DNA of 64,000 bases from Candidatus Binatia bacterium (GTDB taxonomy: Bacteria; Desulfobacterota; Binatia; UBA9968; CAXXLF01), in contig CAXXLF010000002.1 in NCBI GenBank assembly GCA_963664015.2, forward strand, positions 2,112,001 to 2,176,000. Reading direction: 5' to 3'. The position numbers and the translations under genes were made by a program. Below the pieces are notes generated by a model. That model searched no databases. It worked only from the letters and a program-made list of their open reading frames with translations, and was not told the DNA's origin. Shown here one piece after another: positions 41,039-51,418 of this stretch; the stretch's first letter is position 1, and every line of letters begins with the position of its first letter.

Positions 41039-41551
41039 TTACAGGATGATGGAGATGTCTTGGGATGCTAGAACCGCTTGATCGAGCCAGAGATCGCGAC
41101 GAGCGAGCTTCCATGCTCCGTTCACCCGCCGTATGATATCCCGTCGTTCGCCGGAAAAAAGATCGTAATGGACCGACTCCCCACGATACCGGTACACTAG
41201 TAGATTGGATTTAACCTCGACTGTATCCGGATTCCCGCCCGCCACTATTCGGATGTTGGATACAAAATGCCTGGTGCGGGAGGGAGGATCTTCGGCTACG
41301 ACTCCTGGCATCCTTAAACGCCTTATTCGCATATCGAGGGACTTCCAATTCTCGCTTAGCCATGCTCCATCTCTGAGAATCTCCGAGTCTCCGTTTTTCT
41401 TTCCCGTGTCTCTGATCGGCACTTGATAGACGACGTCCTCGGTGAGTTGCTCTAGCCACTCCTCGAACCCTCGGTCGTCCAGTAACTCCGCCTCGTGCAT
41501 GAGAAACTCGACCACTTGGCGATGGGTATGATCATTGACCGTGTGTGCCAT
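41039..41551 (-). CDS. Aromatic ring-hydroxylating dioxygenase beta subunit
   Basis: FLMHEAELLDD...EEWL, AEDPPSRTRHFVSN, SGERRD, WKLARR. Confidence 0.95.
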   Translation of the reverse strand: MAHTVNDHTHRQVVEFLMHEAELLDDRGFEEWLEQLTEDVVYQVPIRDTGKKNGDSEILRDGAWLSENWKSLDMRIRRLRMPGVVAEDPPSRTRHFVSNIRIVAGGNPDTVEVKSNLLVYRYRGESVHYDLFSGERRDIIRRVNGAWKLARRDLWLDQAVLASQDISIIL

Positions 41552-41595
41552 AGGTAAAACTGCTCTAGATCCATAGGCAAGGAAGCCCTGATCCT

Positions 41596-42927
41596 CTATT
41601 GTCCTCCGATCAGGTTCTGTAGCCAGTTCCGATAGAAGGACCTAAGGTTAGATTCCAGAAAACGCGTTTTATTGGTATAGACTTTGCCCGGACCGGGAAA
41701 GCTCGTGTCGAGTTCGGAGTTGTTCATCCCCATTGATATATTCTGGAGCAACTTGCGGCTCACTGGTCCCTTGGCCGTTTGTGAGGCACCCGACCATACC
41801 ACAACGTCGTCCTGCTCGAAGACACCGCTGGGACCGAAACCCCGTAGATAAGCCTTATACGCCTTCTCCTTGAACTCCTGAGAGGTATCTTTCTCTACCA
41901 GGCACCAGGACCAAATCTCGGTTTGGTCCACCGAAATGGGGTTCCAGAGCCTGAGGGAAAGGTAGCCTACCGATGACGCCCCCGGCTCATCGGCAAAGGC
42001 AAGATCCATGAAGGCCAGGTTGGGAAGGATGTTTCCTCCGAGGCTGGTGGCCCTATTGAGCACTTCCTGTTGACCAGGGAGAAGATTACGTTTGAGCGAG
42101 GCAGTAACAGAATCCGGATAACCTCTCACCCACAGGACGGGATGGCCGGCTTCGACACCCCGGATCCAGATTCCATGGCCGTTTTCCAGAGAGATGTTGG
42201 CAACCCACGGGGGGCCATCGGTGATTGGCCAGGTGCCAAGCTTCAAGGCGCTAATATGGGTAAAGGGAAAATGTGCGGTATCGCCTACAAACTGATCGGC
42301 GGGCAGCTTCCAATTAGTCGGGATCACCCAGCGATGGGGAGGTCCCAAAGTTTGTAGTCCCTCATCACTCCGTTTCGTTAAAATGTCCAGATACCATTTC
42401 GTTTCACCTAGAAAGTCTTCCAAGGAGGGGGAATCTGCATTAAAGGTAGCGAAAATCAAGCCGTTATAGTGTTCTACTTTCGCGGCCTGTATGAGGCTCC
42501 ATTGGTCGGGGCTCAGCTTTCCCCCGTAGGCCTCAATTCCCGGGACCCCGATCAACGCCCCCGTGTTGTCGTAGCACCAGCCATGGTAAGAACACTCAAA
42601 GTTTTTCGTGTTTCCTTGCCCACTGCGGCAAACGATATTGCCCCGATGGCGGCAAGTGTTTATCAAGACGCGTATCTTATCGTCATGTCCCCGGACCAGG
42701 AGTACGGATTCCGAGGCCATGCTGCGAGCTACGTAATCGCCTGGTTTGGGTACCTCCGATTCATGTCCTACAAACAACCAGGTCCGGATAAAGAGTCGAT
42801 CCAGTTCCAGCTCGAAAATTGCCTGGTTGCTGAAAACCTCTGACGGCAGTAGTCCGGCGTCGATGTTTTTTGCAATTTCTTCCAGGTTTGGCTCAAGGTT
42901 GCAAGCTTGGGGTTCGGCTTTGTTCAT
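41596..42927 (-). CDS. Aromatic ring-hydroxylating dioxygenase alpha subunit (biphenyl/phenylpropionate-type)
   Basis: WLFVGHES, CRHRG...CSYHGW, NWKLPADQFVGDTAH..TH, FGPSGVFEQDD. Confidence 0.95.
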   Translation of the reverse strand: MNKAEPQACNLEPNLEEIAKNIDAGLLPSEVFSNQAIFELELDRLFIRTWLFVGHESEVPKPGDYVARSMASESVLLVRGHDDKIRVLINTCRHRGNIVCRSGQGNTKNFECSYHGWCYDNTGALIGVPGIEAYGGKLSPDQWSLIQAAKVEHYNGLIFATFNADSPSLEDFLGETKWYLDILTKRSDEGLQTLGPPHRWVIPTNWKLPADQFVGDTAHFPFTHISALKLGTWPITDGPPWVANISLENGHGIWIRGVEAGHPVLWVRGYPDSVTASLKRNLLPGQQEVLNRATSLGGNILPNLAFMDLAFADEPGASSVGYLSLRLWNPISVDQTEIWSWCLVEKDTSQEFKEKAYKAYLRGFGPSGVFEQDDVVVWSGASQTAKGPVSRKLLQNISMGMNNSELDTSFPGPGKVYTNKTRFLESNLRSFYRNWLQNLIGGQ

Positions 42928-43063
42928 GTGAGACGAATCGGTGGATTAAGACCTTGTCGGAATTCTTATCCGAGCCGGAGAGCTTGGTGTGTGTCTAACT
43001 CAAGGCCTATATCAATGAGAAAAGGGGGTGTCAACTCGAAATCGAACGGGGCGATCTGGCTGG

Positions 43064-44320
43064 CTAGACGGGGCTTCCCGAGGGGGCCTGTCCGGACCCA
43101 TGGCGGCGTCTGTTTTTGGATCGTTGTGGTCGGTTTGGCCTTTGCCCATCGGGACATGCGGGGGGTGTGTGTCGAGCGGTCTTAACCGGCGATGGAGAAT
43201 CGCCAGAGGCGCGGGGGACAGGCTTACCCAAGAGTTTCTCAATCGCTCGAATTTGATTCCTGTCGTCGTTCGTCACGAAGCTCGTGGCGCAACCCACTGC
43301 CTTCATTCGAGCAGTGCGCCCGATGCGGTGCACATAGTCCTCCGGGCATTGAGGGAGATCGAAGTTGATCACGTGGCCGATATTGGCCACATCGATACCG
43401 CGGGCCGCAATGTCGGTTGCTACCAGTATCCGGTAGCGCCCGCGCCGGAAGCCTTCCAGGGCTTTTCGCCGCTTGGGGAGTGAAAAGCTACCGTGAAGTA
43501 CTGCTACGCTGAAACCACTGCGCTCCAGGGCTTCTCCCAGTCGGTCCGCCCGATGTTTGGTTCGGGTAAAGACCAGGGCTGATACGTCTTCTTCTTTTAG
43601 CACTGACAGCAGGAGAGACGTTTTATTCGCTTGTGTCGTGTGACGCAGCATTTGAGTTACACCGGCCACCGTGGTAGCCGGCTTGGCTACGGTGGCACGT
43701 ACGGGGTCCTTCAGGGACAGACGGGCGAGTTCTCCTAAGTCCGCAGGCAAGGTTGCAGAAAAGAGAAGGGTTTGACGTTCCTCGGGCAAGGCATTGAGGA
43801 TTTCATTGAGCTGGGGTGCAAAACCCATATCGAGCATCCGGTCCGCTTCGTCCAGCACCACGATCTCGAACCGGGCCAGATCGATGGTCCCTTGCCACAT
43901 ATGGTCCAACAATCGCCCCGGTGTTGCCACGACAATTTGAGGGTGCTGACCCAACCCACGGACCTGGGCTTTCATGTCATCGCCGCCCACAATTGTTGTG
44001 GCAAAGACTTTACGGGAATGGCCGAGTTGATCCACCGTACCTTGGGTCTGGAATGCCAACTCCCGGGTGGGGGCTAGGATTAACCCGATGGGGGGGCCTT
44101 TGGGCCTTTCGGCAAGGCGCTCAATCATGGGAATGACAAAGGCCGCTGTCTTACCCGTACCGGTCTGGGCGCAGCCCAGGACATCGCGACCTTGAAGGCC
44201 TAGGGGTAATGCCTTGGCTTGTATGGGTGTCGGCTCAGTAAAACCCGCTCGGGCGATATCACGCAACAGGGGGGCGGATAAGCCGAAGGAGTCGAATCGT
44301 GAAATTTCGTCTTTGGACAT
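43064..44320 (-). CDS. DEAD-box RNA helicase (RhlE-like)
   Basis: PTPIQ, AQTGTGKT, PTRELA, TPGRL, DEADRM, SAT, HRIGRTAR. Confidence 0.97.
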   Translation of the reverse strand: MSKDEISRFDSFGLSAPLLRDIARAGFTEPTPIQAKALPLGLQGRDVLGCAQTGTGKTAAFVIPMIERLAERPKGPPIGLILAPTRELAFQTQGTVDQLGHSRKVFATTIVGGDDMKAQVRGLGQHPQIVVATPGRLLDHMWQGTIDLARFEIVVLDEADRMLDMGFAPQLNEILNALPEERQTLLFSATLPADLGELARLSLKDPVRATVAKPATTVAGVTQMLRHTTQANKTSLLLSVLKEEDVSALVFTRTKHRADRLGEALERSGFSVAVLHGSFSLPKRRKALEGFRRGRYRILVATDIAARGIDVANIGHVINFDLPQCPEDYVHRIGRTARMKAVGCATSFVTNDDRNQIRAIEKLLGKPVPRASGDSPSPVKTARHTPPACPDGQRPNRPQRSKNRRRHGSGQAPSGSPV

Positions 44321-44551
44321 AGAAAGGTTCCTTAATTTGAGAGGATCAGTTGAACGCGTAGTCAGAAAAACGTGGGAAACAGAGGGGTGGAGTCAGTTCC
44401 AAAGAAAATCTGATCGCGAGGTCATCGTCGGGTTGGAGCAGGACTCATATAAATTATGGCCCTCCAAACCTTTACAAATAGATTACAGGAAACTCCCCGA
44501 TTGTCAATGGAAGGGGGTTGGGACGGCCGTAGGGCCTCAAGATTCAAGCCA

Positions 44552-45571
44552 TTACACCGAGGTTTTAGATTTTAAGTCGGGCATGACATGGCGGGTAAAA
44601 AGTTCGACTGAGCGCAGAGCCTCACTTCGGGAGAGATCTCCAAAGGCGAATTGCCCTACCAGATAGTTTGCCTCCGATTCCGTAAGCTGGGATCCCAATG
44701 AGTCGCTGACATGGTTTGGAGTGCCCGCAATGCCGAGTCCGCCCTCCACGAGCGCGTCGAAATCCGGTGGACGCGGGTGCGTCGGGTGATCACCACGGGC
44801 TTTGTATAAATGGTTGAAACTCTGGTGCCATTTTAGGTACGCACGGCGCGCCAATTGAAGCGCCTCGGAATCGCTTTCGGCAATGACGATGAAACGGCTA
44901 AGCCCGATCATCGGCATCTCGCTGCTCCTCCTGCCGCTTTCCCGCCAGACGGCCCGATAGCGGTCGGCGAAGGTCCGTGTCTCTTGGGCGGGGTCCAGGC
45001 TCACGATGTGGAGACCCTTGCGAGCAGCACGCTCCGCGCTCTCGGGAGAGTGAACACCGTACCAGATTGGGGGATGGGGTTTTTGCAGCGGTTCGAGCTC
45101 CATCGGGACATTTTTAAAGGAGAAAAACTCGCCCTCGAAATCGAGCGTCTTGCAGGTGAGACCGCGTAGGATCAGCTCCAGTGCTTCAGTGTAGATTCGC
45201 TGGGCCTCGGCGGGTTCCCCTCCGTAGAGCCCCAGTTCAATGGGTGAAGCGCCCCTGCCAAACCCGATCTCGAGTCGTCCGCCGCTCATCTGATCCAGCA
45301 TGCAAATTTCCTCGATCAGCCGAACTGGATGATAAAGTGGCAGCGCATAGACCAATGGACCGAACCGCAATCGCCGCGAGCGTTGGGCAACAGCGGCAAG
45401 AAACACGCTTGGCGAAGGCGCCATTCCCAGCGGGGTCGAGTGGTGCTCGGCAAGATGATAGGCATAAAAGCCCGCGTTATCGTACGCTTCGATCAGATCG
45501 AGACGGGCGTCGTAATAATCCTTCAATGGCAGATCGCTTCGGTCCAGGTGGTCGAATCCGCCGAATTCCAT
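44552..45571 (-). CDS. LLM class flavin-dependent oxidoreductase
   Basis: AEHH, PSP..FLAAVAQR, PVRLIEE..MLDQMSGGRLEIGFGRG, PLQKPHPPIW. Confidence 0.93.
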   Translation of the reverse strand: MEFGGFDHLDRSDLPLKDYYDARLDLIEAYDNAGFYAYHLAEHHSTPLGMAPSPSVFLAAVAQRSRRLRFGPLVYALPLYHPVRLIEEICMLDQMSGGRLEIGFGRGASPIELGLYGGEPAEAQRIYTEALELILRGLTCKTLDFEGEFFSFKNVPMELEPLQKPHPPIWYGVHSPESAERAARKGLHIVSLDPAQETRTFADRYRAVWRESGRRSSEMPMIGLSRFIVIAESDSEALQLARRAYLKWHQSFNHLYKARGDHPTHPRPPDFDALVEGGLGIAGTPNHVSDSLGSQLTESEANYLVGQFAFGDLSRSEALRSVELFTRHVMPDLKSKTSV

Positions 45572-45622
45572 ACCTTGAGTTTTCCGCCTTACTGATTCGT
45601 CTTTTACCTTTTAACTTGGCCC

Positions 45623-46564
45623 TTACACACCGGGGAGGGCCGCCGCCTCGGGCGAAAAGAAGCTCTGAAAATCGATCTGGGTAGGGGACAGTCCCTGCTC
45701 GTAAGCAAATTGGGTCATGGCCTCCAGCGCACGCCGGTTGTTTTCCATACTGTAGGCCCAGTAGTCCTCTCCCATGAGAACACGCTGCTCGTCAACTGCC
45801 GCGCTTGCCCAGGAGATTACCAGGACCTGCGGGTCCGCTCCCTGGAGCCGATTGAAGGCTTCGTCGCGGGCTCGGCGAAAGGCCTCGAGGAGAGCTACCG
45901 GCGCTGTGGGGTGCCGTCCGACAAATTCCTGACTAAGCGTCACCACGTGGCTGATGGGGAAGATCCCTGTCCTTTTAAAATAGGTTTGCTCCTCCGTCTT
46001 GTAGTCACGGAACAAACGGCGCACCCGTGGGTCCCGTCTTGAAATCGAAGGGGGAACGTTGGGGTCGATAACCGCGTCCAACGAGCCTTCTAACAACAAC
46101 GAGTCCAGGTCGTTCTGTCGGTCAAGCGGCTCGACACGAATCCCTACTGGTAGACTCGTTACATCAGGGCGGAGCGTGACCCAGCGGATTCGGGTCAGGT
46201 CCACACCGTAGTAATGCTGGAGAGCCCCCCGCGCCCAGACACCGGCGGTGTTCACCCAGAAAGGAATCCCCACCCGTTTGCCCTCAAGGTCTCTGGGGGA
46301 TTCGATTCCGGCTGCACTGTTGACGTAAATGTACGAAAGACGAAACTTGCGGTTGGGAAATGCAGGGATGGAGACGTATGAGCGGCCTTCGGCTTTGCTA
46401 CGCACCAGTGCCGCGAAGCCAAAATCCCATGCGTCGGCGTCGCCTTCTCCTGCTTCAATGACTTCCAGGTTGAAGCCTTCAACCTTAACGGTCCCGTCAG
46501 TCAAGGGCCGGTTGGTGTCTACGGTGGGTTCTCGAAAGCAAAAACGAAGCTTCGGATTGTTCAT
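45623..46564 (-). CDS. 4,5-dihydroxyphthalate decarboxylase-like protein
   Basis: PLTDGTVKVEG, PAFPNRKFR, DLEGKRVG, TAGVWARG, TGIFPISH, YAYEQG-like C-terminus; start MNNP at 46564. Confidence 0.85.
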   Translation of the reverse strand: MNNPKLRFCFREPTVDTNRPLTDGTVKVEGFNLEVIEAGEGDADAWDFGFAALVRSKAEGRSYVSIPAFPNRKFRLSYIYVNSAAGIESPRDLEGKRVGIPFWVNTAGVWARGALQHYYGVDLTRIRWVTLRPDVTSLPVGIRVEPLDRQNDLDSLLLEGSLDAVIDPNVPPSISRRDPRVRRLFRDYKTEEQTYFKRTGIFPISHVVTLSQEFVGRHPTAPVALLEAFRRARDEAFNRLQGADPQVLVISWASAAVDEQRVLMGEDYWAYSMENNRRALEAMTQFAYEQGLSPTQIDFQSFFSPEAAALPGV

Positions 46565-46614
46565 GTTGCTTTCCCTTTCTCCCTGGTGGCGCCCCTGGAG
46601 TGACGAGGGCACGG

Positions 46615-47049
46615 TTACCCTTTTGTCTCCAGTAACTGACAAAACTCGATCAATACGCCGTCGGGATCTCGGGCGTAAAAGTTCCGGCTTCTTGGCGACA
46701 ACTGGACGATGTCGGAAATGACCTGGCCTTCGCTCGACCGTTGGACCTCGCGGTATTTGGTGTCGGCATCGGGCACGTTAAAGGCTAAATGGGGGCATCC
46801 GACCCGGTTGTGTTGGAGGTCGAGTGGGGTGCCACCGCCCCCCACGTATTCGATGAGCTGAAGAGTGAAGCTGTCGGAGGTCAGGTACATGAATTTGATA
46901 TGTGCATCGGGGTTTTTTGTGTACTCGCCATAGGCTTTGCTCTTGAGCTCCAATGGCTCTCCTTCCTCCATGCCGATGACATCGCGGTAAAAGGCGACGG
47001 ACCGTCCCAAGTTCTTTACCGTGAGTCCAACGTGAAATAGTTCCGCCAT
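46615..47049 (-). CDS. VOC / glyoxalase family protein
   Basis: HVGLTVKNL..SVAFYRD, LQLIEY, HLAFNV, RDPDGVLIEF; start MAEL at 47049. Confidence 0.9.
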   Translation of the reverse strand: MAELFHVGLTVKNLGRSVAFYRDVIGMEEGEPLELKSKAYGEYTKNPDAHIKFMYLTSDSFTLQLIEYVGGGGTPLDLQHNRVGCPHLAFNVPDADTKYREVQRSSEGQVISDIVQLSPRSRNFYARDPDGVLIEFCQLLETKG

Positions 47050-47231
47050 GGTTCCCTCTTCAGTCTGCCTATTCGGGTCTCTCAATGACCGGCTCTCACC
47101 TAATGCCTGCAAAGCAGATTTGCTCGGGCTTGTCAATTTCCGGCGAAGACCGTTTGACAGCCTGTGCACCGAGGTGGGGAAATTTCATTATCCCCTCATG
47201 GGAAAAAAAAGTGAAAAGACTAGTTTAGCGT

Positions 47232-47570
47232 ATGCCCGTTATTAAGACTATCGTCAAATTGACCGCTAAGGGATTACTCCTGTGGGGCCTCTGTGTCTTT
47301 GCTTACCAAGCCTACGTCTGGATCAGATTGGGGCGGTGGATCGACCTGGACGTTCTCTGGATGGTTCACCGGTTTTTCTCTTTCGACGAGGGGCTTGACC
47401 TGCATGGGCTCTCGCTTTGGGTGCTCGACTTCCTCCCACTTTCTTTGTCTCTGATAGTTCTCGGTGTTTTTCTTCTTGCATCCGTCTACCGTGGGGAAAA
47501 AGATCGGAGTCGGGTTATCGATGACGTTGAAAAGAAAATGAGGGCCAGACAGTACCGGGACAGGCTCTGA
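47232..47570 (+). CDS. Hypothetical two-TM membrane protein
   Basis: Two hydrophobic helices and a charged tail. Confidence 0.6.
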   Translation: MPVIKTIVKLTAKGLLLWGLCVFAYQAYVWIRLGRWIDLDVLWMVHRFFSFDEGLDLHGLSLWVLDFLPLSLSLIVLGVFLLASVYRGEKDRSRVIDDVEKKMRARQYRDRL

Positions 47571-47778
47571 GGGGCTCAATGGGTTGGTAAGCCTCAAAAT
47601 TCTCAAAATATGATCTCGACTGCCGTTGCCATCGAGGGACGGGCGGTGCTTCTCCAAAGTTCGGTGTTCTTTACTCACTCTAGATCTGGACCCCCTTGCA
47701 TCTCCCTGATAAAGGGTAGGAGGCTTCGATTCCTCCCGAGTTATAGGAATACACTGGAAGCCGTAAAGGAGGATCCAC

Positions 47779-48498
47779 ATGCGCTATGAACTGTACTACT
47801 GGCCCGGTATTCAGGGCCGCGGCGAGTTTGTCCGACTAACACTGGAAGACGCGGGTGCGGACTACGTGGACGTCGCTCGCAACGGCAAAGAGGGGACTGC
47901 GGCCTTGAGACATTTTATGGAAAGCCGTTTGGAATCCCGTCCGCCCTTCGCACCGCCATTCTTGAAGGCCGGTAAGTTGGTTATTGGTCAGACTATGAAC
48001 ATCCTGCTCTTTCTCGGGCCGCGTCTTGGTCTCGTGCCAAAAAGCGAGGCGGGGCAGCTCTGGGCTCACCAGTTGCAGCTCACCGTTGCCGATTGGGTGC
48101 TAGAGGTTCATAACGCCCATCACCCGATTGCCGGTGGGCTTTACTATGAAGAGCAGAAGGCTGAGGCAGAGCGCCGCAGCAAGATTTTTAGAAACGAGAG
48201 GCTACCGAAGTACCTGGATTACTTCGAAGGTCTGCTTAATCGCAGCATCAAGGGAAACCCCTTTCTTCTGGGCAAGACGGTCTCCCACGTCGACCTGTCG
48301 ATCTACCAGATGATTGCAGGGCTTCGCTATGGCTTCCCAAATCTGATGGCACGTCTGGAACCCGAGTACCCCGGATTGACGGGACTCCACGACCACATTG
48401 GGGTTCGCCCCCGGCTGGCAGCGTACCTATCCTCGGAACGACGCTTGCCCTTCAACCAAAACGGCCTGTTCCGATATTACCCCGAGCTCGACGAATAA
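47779..48498 (+). CDS. Glutathione S-transferase family protein
   Basis: LYYWPGIQGRGEFVRL, FAPPFL, QTMNIL, VDLSIYQ; AGGAGG RBS. Confidence 0.93.
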   Translation: MRYELYYWPGIQGRGEFVRLTLEDAGADYVDVARNGKEGTAALRHFMESRLESRPPFAPPFLKAGKLVIGQTMNILLFLGPRLGLVPKSEAGQLWAHQLQLTVADWVLEVHNAHHPIAGGLYYEEQKAEAERRSKIFRNERLPKYLDYFEGLLNRSIKGNPFLLGKTVSHVDLSIYQMIAGLRYGFPNLMARLEPEYPGLTGLHDHIGVRPRLAAYLSSERRLPFNQNGLFRYYPELDE

Positions 48499-48510
48499 AG
48501 ATTCCTGATT

Positions 48511-49539
48511 TTACTTCAGGTAGCCCTTCTCGCGATAGAAGCGCAGTGCACCCGGGTGAAAAGGCACGTCGCACGCCGTTTCTTCGCCATCGACACAGAG
48601 CTGAGCCATGTCCAACGGCGTGTAGTTATCCGAGGGAATGGCATCCTGACGAGCTTCAATGACTTCGCAAAAGGCATAGGCCACGTCGTCGGCCATGTCC
48701 GCATGGACCACCATGGGCCACCCGCTGAAATCCAGTGTCTGCACCTCTTCCGGGATGCCGGGAAAACGGGATTGGGACATGGGGACTATACGATAGCCCA
48801 TCTCTACCATCCGTGTCTTGATCTCTCCTTCGATTGGCAGATAGCGGAACCCGTGCTCAATGGCTGCCTGCCCCCAACTTAGAATGCCTTCATCAAAAAC
48901 CGCATTGATCCGACCCTCTTCAATGGCCGCACGCCGGTCCGGATGGCTGGGTCTCATCACGGATTGGATCTTCCCGCCCCACTTTCGAATGTCTGCCAGG
49001 GTCAACCCTGCGGCCTGTAGGACCGTGGTCACAGTAAACATGGTGGTGTCTTGCACGAATGGAGGTCTAAGCCTGCGGCCGGTCGACAGATTAAAGCCTA
49101 TGCGTTTCTCTTTAATCTGGTCCAGCGAGGTGATCCCGGTGGACTCGTGAACCGCAAAACCCACCACGTCGTGGGAAGGAAAAACGGCTATAACCCGCAA
49201 CGGAAGGGGTTGAGAGAAAGGTCCGGTTCCCTTGAGTGCCATCATCGCAGCCACCGATGGGTTCATCCACAGCAGGGAGAGCTTGTGCTGGGCGACTGCC
49301 TTGAGTTCCTGAAACCCGCCAACGGCAATGGAGAGATCAACGCCGTTAGTCTGGCGCATGGTTGCTCCGGTCAGCGAGAGCTTGATATGGGAGCCGACGC
49401 GCGAATCCCTTTGTACGGCCCCTTGGGCTCCCCGTGTAGTTTCGTAGGAAAGCGAACTGTCATAAAGGGCGGCGGCCATCTCCAAGAGCCCCTTGGACCG
49501 TTGGACCCCCGCGTTGTATCTGCGTCTTTCACTAGCCAC
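48511..49539 (-). CDS. TAXI-family solute-binding-like protein (no signal peptide evident)
   Basis: PLRVIAVFP, GITSLDQI, AVFDEG, FSGWP, PFHPGALRFYREKGYL; GTG start at 49539 behind GGAGG. Confidence 0.8.
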   Translation of the reverse strand: MASERRRYNAGVQRSKGLLEMAAALYDSSLSYETTRGAQGAVQRDSRVGSHIKLSLTGATMRQTNGVDLSIAVGGFQELKAVAQHKLSLLWMNPSVAAMMALKGTGPFSQPLPLRVIAVFPSHDVVGFAVHESTGITSLDQIKEKRIGFNLSTGRRLRPPFVQDTTMFTVTTVLQAAGLTLADIRKWGGKIQSVMRPSHPDRRAAIEEGRINAVFDEGILSWGQAAIEHGFRYLPIEGEIKTRMVEMGYRIVPMSQSRFPGIPEEVQTLDFSGWPMVVHADMADDVAYAFCEVIEARQDAIPSDNYTPLDMAQLCVDGEETACDVPFHPGALRFYREKGYLK

Positions 49540-50015
49540 AGGTCTACCTCCTAAAATTTCCAGAACCTTCAATAGGCTTAATTAAAATTTCCCTGGGCAT
49601 CGTATGCGCTGCAAAAAAGAAAGTCAATTCTTTCAGCACGGGCAAAGTGTGTTGACGGCGCACATCGCTGTCAGTCTGGTTGTTTGTTGATTACATCACC
49701 TTTCCACAAGGCCAATTCGAGTACACCGAGCACGTGAGCGCCCACTTTCCACTGAGCATGAAGGGCAAGGTCGGAAAGCAAACCAGTTGGCTATAAAAAC
49801 AAGGGGCGAGCTCTACAAATGCAGACATCCCGCCACCGGATCAGGTATCCAAGATCTTTATCGAGGATGTGCTGAAAAAATCCGAAAAATTCTATTTCAA
49901 GATCTTAGGCATCAAGTAGGGCATCGAGAACTTCTATTGTCTTGTAATGGTGAGGGGGCAAGTCCTTTTCGGACAATGGCTTGCCCTCAACCCGCCACTC
50001 CACTGGCCTAACAAG

Positions 50016-51266
50016 TTACGGGGTCGCAGCAGGAACCGGTTCCTCCCTCAACCGATCCTGAACCTGTGTTCCAAGAATGATTGCCGTGCCCAATGCCATC
50101 GTGCCGAGAAATCCAAACGCCGCCCAATAACCCAGGCCCGCCGAGAGGACCGCGAACGCCGAGGTGCTGACCGGGGACCCGAAGTTTCCGATCGTGTGCC
50201 ACACTCCAAAAAATTTCCCCCGGGCCTTCTTCGGTGCAATGTCGGATCCCAGGGTCTGCATGTTGCCGCCAGTAATTCCGTTGCTGGTGTACACGCAGAT
50301 GTACGCTACGACGAATATGTTAAAGGGCATCTGGACAGAGTCGCCGATGGCAATGCCGATGAGGGCCAGGGTGAGCAGCGAAAAGCCTGGTATCAGGGTG
50401 GCCTTCCGGCCGAAGCGGTCCATGATGTAACCGGCACAGATGGTGATGGGGATGCCAATGGCAGTGACGGTCGTGGCGAGAAGGCCGATGGACTGGGGCG
50501 ATAAATCGTAGACATATGCCCCATAGAGGTTGAGCTGGCCGGAGAAGATCGGTCCCCGTGTCAGTCCCGCGAAGACCTGGGCGACAAAAAAGATAACCAC
50601 CTGGTAGGTGAGCAACGCCTTGAATCCCGACTCCCCGTTCTCTTGAACATTGCTTTGGTCAGGGTCTGGATGCTTGGTTAAATGGGGGGCCGTTTCCTTT
50701 ACCAGCTTGAAGCTCGGGATAATTGCGAGGAGGGAAATTACCGCGTGGGCGATGAAAGGCGCGCGCAAACTCCAGTATCCAGCGAGGAGGCCTCCCAGGG
50801 CCGGGGAGAAGAGCCGGCCGCTGTTCTGCATAGCCGCCATCGTTGTGATCTGGCGCCCGCGCTCCCGGTCTGCCCCCGTATCGGCGATCATGGCCAAACG
50901 GCTCAGGTGCCACATCTGCTGGCCAACCCCGCCGATGAACCTGTAGACGAGCACCTCTTTAAACGAGCCCGCCATGGTAACCAGGACCGAAGAGATCGCG
51001 AGGATGATGGGGCCTGTGAGCAGCACCTTCCGGCGCCCGAGGCGGTCCATGAGCAGGCCGATGGGTAAGCTGGATAGGCTAACCCCCAGTTGATAGACGA
51101 TGATGACCAGGGAAGCGACTTCGAAAGATACGCCGAAGGATTTGGCGTACACAGGAAGCGCCGGGACAATTATCCCGGTGCCTACGGCAAGCGTCATTGC
51201 CGGTATATAGATGGATAGAAAATTCTGTCGTGAGTATATACTGCTCCTGCGTTCCGCATCGCTCAC
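50016..51266 (-). CDS. MFS transporter
   Basis: About 12 TM helices; GLLMDRLGRRK and GYIMDRFGRK (motif A). Confidence 0.93.
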   Translation of the reverse strand: MSDAERRSSIYSRQNFLSIYIPAMTLAVGTGIIVPALPVYAKSFGVSFEVASLVIIVYQLGVSLSSLPIGLLMDRLGRRKVLLTGPIILAISSVLVTMAGSFKEVLVYRFIGGVGQQMWHLSRLAMIADTGADRERGRQITTMAAMQNSGRLFSPALGGLLAGYWSLRAPFIAHAVISLLAIIPSFKLVKETAPHLTKHPDPDQSNVQENGESGFKALLTYQVVIFFVAQVFAGLTRGPIFSGQLNLYGAYVYDLSPQSIGLLATTVTAIGIPITICAGYIMDRFGRKATLIPGFSLLTLALIGIAIGDSVQMPFNIFVVAYICVYTSNGITGGNMQTLGSDIAPKKARGKFFGVWHTIGNFGSPVSTSAFAVLSAGLGYWAAFGFLGTMALGTAIILGTQVQDRLREEPVPAATP

Positions 51267-51418
51267 TAATCATCCCCTCCCTAAAATTTAAAATTCCAAG
51301 CCCGTAATCCTTAACACAAGGCGGGAGGAAAGGGCACAGGGCTTGAACCAGGAGAAAGGGGAAGCCGGGAGGATGAAGTTGGAGTGTCTTTATTCTAATG
51401 AGACCGAGGTTGGCAAAT

